A DNA stretch of 64,000 nucleotides from Chlamydiota bacterium (GTDB lineage Bacteria; Chlamydiota; Chlamydiia; Chlamydiales; RGXB01), in NCBI GenBank assembly GCA_947494155.1, contig CANLTW010000006.1, positions 1,998 to 65,997 of the forward strand, in the 5' to 3' direction. Below are positions 59,331-64,000 of this stretch, in pieces. Each line of letters begins with the position of its first letter. Position 1 is the stretch's first letter. A program made the position numbers and the translations under genes. The notes beneath the pieces were generated by a model, which was given only the letters and a program-made list of their open reading frames with translations, was not told where the DNA came from and ran no database searches.

Positions 59331-59765
59331 ATGCAACCCAATTTGAAAATGACAAAAACTTTTCAACGGTCTGAAAGTAAAAAAAATACTTTTTTGATCG
59401 ATGCTAAAGGTAAGACCCTTGGGCGCTTGTCTTCAGAGATCGCTAAAATTTTGACAGGCAAGCACAAACCTGTTTTCACTCCTAATGTGGATCTAGGTGA
59501 TGCTGTTGTTGTCGTGAACGCGAGAGATATCGTTGTTACCGGCACAAAAGAGGTAAATAAAATTTATGGTTACCATACTGGTTGGATGGGAGGACGCCGT
59601 GAGGTTCCTTTCCGTACGATGAAAGAGCGTAACCCAGGCTATATTATTGAGCACGCCGTTAAGGGGATGTTACCTAAGACGACACTTGCTCACGAGCAGA
59701 TCAAAAAACTCCGTGTCTTCAAAGATGAAAACCACGGAATGACTAATGAGATGATCACGCTTTAA
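59331..59765 (+). CDS. rplM: 50S ribosomal protein L13
   Basis: WFLIDAKGKTLGRLSSEIAKILTGKHKPVFTP-type N-terminus. 144 aa. Confidence 0.95.
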   Translation: MQPNLKMTKTFQRSESKKNTFLIDAKGKTLGRLSSEIAKILTGKHKPVFTPNVDLGDAVVVVNARDIVVTGTKEVNKIYGYHTGWMGGRREVPFRTMKERNPGYIIEHAVKGMLPKTTLAHEQIKKLRVFKDENHGMTNEMITL

Positions 59766-59785
59766 GGATAAGGACCGGTTAAAAA

Positions 59786-60184
59786 ATGCAAAAACTCCAA
59801 GAAGTAGTCGCAATCGGAAGAAGAAAAACAGCTGTTGCTAGCGTCCGTCTCCGTCCTGCTACCAAAAACGAGATGCTCGTAAACGAGCGAAAAATGGATG
59901 AGTACTTTCCCATCCCAAGCCAAGTCCAAACTGCTTTAGCACCTTTGAAGGTAGCTGAACTCTTAGACAAGTACGACATCTTTGTTCGTGTTTGCGGTGG
60001 AGGTTTGATGGCACAAGCCGAAGCGATCCGTTTGGGTGTTGCTCGCGCAATTTTGATGGAAAACGAATTCCTCCGTTCACAACTCAAGTCTGAAGGGTTC
60101 CTCCGCAGAGACCCAAGACGTAGAGAGCGTAAGAAGTACGGACAACGTGGTGCACGTCGTCGCTTCCAATTCTCAAAACGTTAG
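59786..60184 (+). CDS. rpsI: 30S ribosomal protein S9
   Basis: GRRKTAVASVRL ... C-terminus RDPRRRERKKYGQRGARRRFQFSKR. Confidence 0.95.
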   Translation: MQKLQEVVAIGRRKTAVASVRLRPATKNEMLVNERKMDEYFPIPSQVQTALAPLKVAELLDKYDIFVRVCGGGLMAQAEAIRLGVARAILMENEFLRSQLKSEGFLRRDPRRRERKKYGQRGARRRFQFSKR

Positions 60185-60213
60185 TCTTATTCGGTATACG
60201 AGAACCAACAACA

Positions 60214-60240
60214 AAAGACCCGCCTTCTTGGCGGGTCTTT
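60214..60240. terminator. Rho-independent terminator after rplM-rpsI (shared with the convergent carboxypeptidase gene)
   Basis: AAAGACCCGCC-ttctt-GGCGGGTCTTT forms an 11-bp perfect stem with T-run on the plus strand and A-run/T-run symmetry. Confidence 0.85.
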
Positions 60241-60247
60241 TGCTTGA

Positions 60248-61678
60248 TTAACCATTTAAAAAGCGCTCCTTCAGGTAAGAAACATATCTTTCTGCACTCA
60301 ACGGTTTTTTGGTCGATTTCTGCAAAAGATCTTGCAGATTTAGGAGGCTACCGTAGCCGTGGATCGCTTTTTTAAGCCAATTGCGTAGAGGTTCTAGCTC
60401 CCCCTTTTGTAAACAATCCGCAAGGGGAATCTCGTTTTTTAAGCAAGCATATTGGTCAGCTGCGTACATGCAGCCTGTGAGGTAGGTGGGAAAGTAGCCA
60501 AAACTGCCTGAAGCCCAGTGGATGTCCTGTAGACATCCTTGCGCATCATCAGGCACATCGAGACCCAATAGATCTTTTTGATATTCTCTGAAGACTTTTG
60601 GTAAATCCTCGACCTGAAGTTGCCCCTCAATCAATTCTTTTTCAATTTTTGTTCTAAAAATAATGTGTAGGGGATAGGTAAATTCATCCGACTCAATGCG
60701 GATGGGTTGTGGAAGTATAGCGTGCCTTGATTTTACCATCTCTTCAAAAGAGAGGTGGATCTGTGGAAGGTTATTTTGAAATACTTTATAGAGCAAATGA
60801 AGAAAATCCCTTGATCCTCCAATACAGGTTTCAAAAAGTTTGGACTGGCTTTCATGGACTGTCAATGAGAGAGATTGATTGAGGGGATAGAGTTGTTCGT
60901 GGGGAAGCTGAGAGTCGTAAAGAGCGTGACCAAGTTCATGTAAAGTCGAGTAAAGGGCTTCAAAAAGATCCTTGGAATTATAGCGTGTTGTCAGGCGGAT
61001 ATCGCCTGGACAGATCATGTCGCAAAAAGGGTGGGTCGATTCTTGAAGTAACGCACTGGGAACGATTTTTTCCACTAGGAAATTGCATATTTTTTTTTGT
61101 TGATCGATTGATGCAGGAAGGGGAAGAGGGGTATTTTTAGGGTAGGCATTTTCCTTAAGGATATTTTTAAGCTCTTTTTCTAATGGGTCAAAAAGCTTTT
61201 GAATCTCTGCATAGGTTAGATCCCTATCATAAAGGGACAAGAGGGCATCGTAGCGTGTTCTCCCTTTTTTTAGATGGTCAGCCACTTGTTGATTTAGGTG
61301 TATCATCTCTTTTAAGTCTTTTTGGAGTAGGGAAAAATCTTTTTTTTCGCGAGCCTCTCGCCAAGACTCGGTAGCTATCACACTGTGTTTTGCCAGTCGC
61401 TCCACAAGGTCTTTCGGAAGGGAGTTTTTTTCAACAAGATCTTTTAGGAGTTGCTGGTGCCTTTTTTCCTGAGAATTGGAGGGGAGAACATTCAAATAAT
61501 TCTTAACTTTATCATCGAGAATCCGATCTTGTAAAAGACTCTCGATAAAAGCAGATTGCTCCGCTCTAAAAGAGGTTGCCATTTTAGGCATAAGAGTCTC
61601 TTGATCCCATGAAAGAAGTTTTTTCGTTGACTCTAGATAGTTAATTTGATCTAAATGAGCCTTGAGAGAATGTGACAT
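60248..61678 (-). CDS. Carboxypeptidase Taq-type metallopeptidase (M32 family)
   Basis: The full M32 motif set is present: HPF, DIRLTTRY, HELGHALY, HESQS, IRIESDE, LQDIHW. Confidence 0.9.
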   Translation of the reverse strand: MSHSLKAHLDQINYLESTKKLLSWDQETLMPKMATSFRAEQSAFIESLLQDRILDDKVKNYLNVLPSNSQEKRHQQLLKDLVEKNSLPKDLVERLAKHSVIATESWREAREKKDFSLLQKDLKEMIHLNQQVADHLKKGRTRYDALLSLYDRDLTYAEIQKLFDPLEKELKNILKENAYPKNTPLPLPASIDQQKKICNFLVEKIVPSALLQESTHPFCDMICPGDIRLTTRYNSKDLFEALYSTLHELGHALYDSQLPHEQLYPLNQSLSLTVHESQSKLFETCIGGSRDFLHLLYKVFQNNLPQIHLSFEEMVKSRHAILPQPIRIESDEFTYPLHIIFRTKIEKELIEGQLQVEDLPKVFREYQKDLLGLDVPDDAQGCLQDIHWASGSFGYFPTYLTGCMYAADQYACLKNEIPLADCLQKGELEPLRNWLKKAIHGYGSLLNLQDLLQKSTKKPLSAERYVSYLKERFLNG

Positions 61679-62496
61679 AAACTTTTCACCAATATATGTG
61701 ATCCAAGGTACAAGATAGAGGTTTGCCCTAATATCATCAAAGGGCGAATTCCTCTTTTGAACTGAAATGTTTGCACTCCCACCAGTATAGGGATCAAAAG
61801 AATTAAAAGAATTTGGAAAGGCTTGGATACATCTTGAAGACTTTGAGGTTTTATGGAGAGGCTTATCTTAAGCGGTTTTTCAAGGGTTTTCCAACCCAAG
61901 GAAGAGCAGTTCTTTTCTAGGATTTTTTTCGCAAAAAAGACCTTTTTATCCGGCTCGAAATGATCGGTAAAATACAAAGATTCATTTTGGCTATAGAAAT
62001 AGGCCTCTTTTTGTCCATTTTGGGAAAAAAGAACCTTTTCGTTGTGATTTAGATCAAGGACTTGGATAGGATTTGACTTGGTTTTGTAAGAGCCTACCAC
62101 AGATGCGCTCTGAATTTTTTCCTCATTGTACTCGTCATAAAAAGTGTAAAATAACCCTTCAGAACCTGCCAGAGCTAAAGCAATATAAAGAAGGGGTTTG
62201 AGTAGTTCTCTACGACTGATCCCTTGTGCTAAAAAAGCGACTATTTCCATACGTAGCTGGAGCATCGTATAGGTCAGGCAGGAGGACATCAATAGAGCAA
62301 GGGGAGCCAGTATATAGGAGTGGGCTAAGGTGATTCTCAAAACATGCTCTAAAAGCTCTAAGATAAAAAAACGATTTTTTTCAGCCATTTCCAAGTGCAT
62401 CGCAATAAAGTTCACCATGAAAATGCAACAAAAAAGGAGGTATGATCCGATAAAATTTTTAAAAAGCTGGCGGAAAAGATAGCGAAATGGGGTCAT
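61651..62496 (-). CDS. LptG-like permease (YjgP/YjgQ family), short form
   Basis: Polytopic membrane protein immediately downstream of, and overlapping, an LptF-like gene. N-terminal TM bundle, periplasmic-loop-like middle, C-terminal TMs. Confidence 0.55.
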   Translation of the reverse strand: MTPFRYLFRQLFKNFIGSYLLFCCIFMVNFIAMHLEMAEKNRFFILELLEHVLRITLAHSYILAPLALLMSSCLTYTMLQLRMEIVAFLAQGISRRELLKPLLYIALALAGSEGLFYTFYDEYNEEKIQSASVVGSYKTKSNPIQVLDLNHNEKVLFSQNGQKEAYFYSQNESLYFTDHFEPDKKVFFAKKILEKNCSSLGWKTLEKPLKISLSIKPQSLQDVSKPFQILLILLIPILVGVQTFQFKRGIRPLMILGQTSILYLGSHILVKSLCHILSRLI

Positions 62497-63497
62497 TTAA
62501 GCTCCCGTTTTAGTCGGTAGAGTATAAATGGGACGGGAAAAAGGGGAATCAAAAGATACCACAAGAAAAAGGGGTAAATTGAAGAGCGGACCGTCAAATA
62601 AAGGAAGTAGGTCGTTACGGCAACGAGGATACTTAGTAGGAGTTGACTATCCTGCGAGCGACGGTTGCGACTTATTCCGTAAATGGTTGCGAGGAAAAAA
62701 AGAGTGGCTGGTAAAAGGGAAACCGATACGCGCCGACAAAATTCAGACAATGAGATAGAGCCTTTTAAGGGGTGGTGCTCCTCGTAACCTGTGGGAAAAT
62801 GAAAAAGGGTGGGGATGTCTTTTCGATCCATGTACCCGTCATTGAGCTGGGTAAAAATATGCCCCTCATCCTGTGAAAATATCTGCAGGATCTCTTTTGA
62901 AAAGAACCCTTTTGCCTCTTCGTTTTCCACGTGCTTTAAAATGCAAATATCTAAATGCTCAGCCCCTTTTTTTTGGCCGGCGATCAAAACGGTTTGGTCT
63001 AACGAGTCGGGACTCTCTTTGATTGTTGTGACAGCGATTGGATAGGATTTAGGCTGAAAATGTTTAAAAATAAGAGTTGGATTTTGGTAAATGGCATCCA
63101 AAACAATCTTCTTCCCTAATAACCGATACTTTGGGCAAATATCGGCATTTAAAATAAAAACGAAAAGGAACAAATGGACCGCAATCAAAAGGGGGGGGGT
63201 CATGATGAAGATACGCTTAAGCCCAAGTGTCGAGTAGGCTGTCCATTCTCCAAATTGAGAGAGGCGGTTGCTGATTAGGTAGCCCGCAATGAAGGCGGCA
63301 AGAGGGCAGGAGAGTGTGAAAAAAAAGGGGGTGTTATAGAGAATAAATTTCCCTAAAAGGGCGATCGGAGCTCCAGAATCAAGGAAAAATACGAGCTCTT
63401 TAAAACGGAATAAAAACGACAAAAGCGTTAAAAAAAAAGTATAAAAAAGGAAGGTGGGGATAAACGCTTTAAAATAGGTGCGCCAAAGTACAGGCAT
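62493..63497 (-). CDS. LptF-like LPS export permease (YjgP/YjgQ family)
   Basis: The N-terminus MPVLWRTYFKAFIPTFLFYTFFLTLLSF resembles the LptF/G consensus (M-x-I-L-x-R-Y). 334 aa with a central soluble loop and C-terminal TMs. Confidence 0.65.
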   Translation of the reverse strand: MPVLWRTYFKAFIPTFLFYTFFLTLLSFLFRFKELVFFLDSGAPIALLGKFILYNTPFFFTLSCPLAAFIAGYLISNRLSQFGEWTAYSTLGLKRIFIMTPPLLIAVHLFLFVFILNADICPKYRLLGKKIVLDAIYQNPTLIFKHFQPKSYPIAVTTIKESPDSLDQTVLIAGQKKGAEHLDICILKHVENEEAKGFFSKEILQIFSQDEGHIFTQLNDGYMDRKDIPTLFHFPTGYEEHHPLKGSISLSEFCRRVSVSLLPATLFFLATIYGISRNRRSQDSQLLLSILVAVTTYFLYLTVRSSIYPFFLWYLLIPLFPVPFILYRLKRELK

Positions 63498-63500
63498 AGG

Positions 63501-63529
63501 TTCACAGTATCGAAGATATCTGGTATAAT
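63501..63529 (+). promoter_or_regulatory. Candidate extended -10 sigma70 promoter directly abutting the tilS start codon
   Basis: TTCACA, 17-nt spacer, TGgTATAAT. The -10 ends 7 nt before the GTG at 63537. Confidence 0.4.
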
Positions 63530-63536
63530 TGACAAG

Positions 63537-64000
63537 GTGCGAACGTTAAATACACTCAAACTTCCTCCAAAGCTCGATAAAAGTGACCCAATCGTAGTGG
63601 GAGTCTCGTTTGGTCCCGATTCGATGGCCCTTTTGGGGAGGTTGTTATTGGCAAAATTCTCGAATATTCATGTAGCTCATGTACACCACGGTATGAGAAA
63701 GGAGTCTGATGATGAGCTATTAGAGCTGAAAAAATTTTGTGAAATACGCAACATCCGATTTCATTGTACCCATTTGCAGCCAGAATGGGAAAGGGGAAAT
63801 CTTGAGGAGAACCTTAGGGAAAAGAGGTTTTGTTTTTTCAGGAAAATCTATTTTGAAGTGGGTGCTAAAGCTCTCTTACTTGGTCAACAAGCAAATGAGC
63901 AGGTGGAGACGGGAATTAAACGCCTCTTTGAAGGGGCCCATTTTACCCAACTTAAAGGGATGGAGGGTGAAAAAGAGCTTTGGGGTATGCAGGTCATCAG
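63537..64000 (+). CDS. tilS: tRNA(Ile)-lysidine synthase, N-terminal part (3' end outside window)
   Basis: GTG start. PP-loop VVGVSFGPDSMALL, then HVHHGMRKESDDE and LLLGQQANEQVETGIKRLFEG. The frame is open to the end of the window. Confidence 0.7.
   Translation, partial: MRTLNTLKLPPKLDKSDPIVVGVSFGPDSMALLGRLLLAKFSNIHVAHVHHGMRKESDDELLELKKFCEIRNIRFHCTHLQPEWERGNLEENLREKRFCFFRKIYFEVGAKALLLGQQANEQVETGIKRLFEGAHFTQLKGMEGEKELWGMQVI

Overview
This 64 kb window looks like core chromosome from a Chlamydia-like (phylum Chlamydiae, probably an environmental lineage) bacterium. That assignment is an inference from gene content: a SWIB/MDM2-domain protein, a fused alpha-beta glycyl-tRNA synthetase, a plant ATS1-type glycerol-3-phosphate acyltransferase, an HKD phospholipase-D-family protein, a TyrP-type transporter, an Inc-like protein and a CT715-like UDPGP-family enzyme. 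Coding density is high. I found no rRNA, CRISPR array, transposase, integrase or prophage. Most genes are housekeeping: translation (prfB with its programmed +1 frameshift, rpmF, rpmH, rpmJ, rpsN, rplY, pth, rpsF, rpsR, rplI, rpmB, rplM, rpsI, glyQS, truA x2, miaB, mtaB, tilS, and two tRNAs); DNA repair (uvrD, uvrC, mutS, ligA); the MEP pathway (ispD, ispE); lipid and LPS synthesis (lpxB, pgsA, GPAT, lptF/G-like, hldD, hldA); and glycogen metabolism (glgA, glgB). The stand-out locus is 38794-43735. A single 1182-aa ORF fuses a class I SAM methyltransferase, a PIG-L/LmbE deacetylase (BshB-like) and a BshC-like module. It is overlapped by a BshA-like GT4 glycosyltransferase gene. Together these form a compact two-gene cassette predicted to make bacillithiol, possibly N-methyl-bacillithiol. 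Secondary points of interest are a stand-alone squalene-hopene cyclase, an Inc-like bilobed-hydrophobic coiled-coil protein, a perfect 75-bp in-frame tandem duplication in a small membrane protein, a two-tier 22-bp palindrome between convergent genes, a marC-rpmB-PLD-marC block, and an uncharacterised ORF translationally coupled to glgB. Coordinates of RNA genes, hairpins and promoters were read by eye and may be off by a few nt. All family assignments rest on motif recognition, not database searches.
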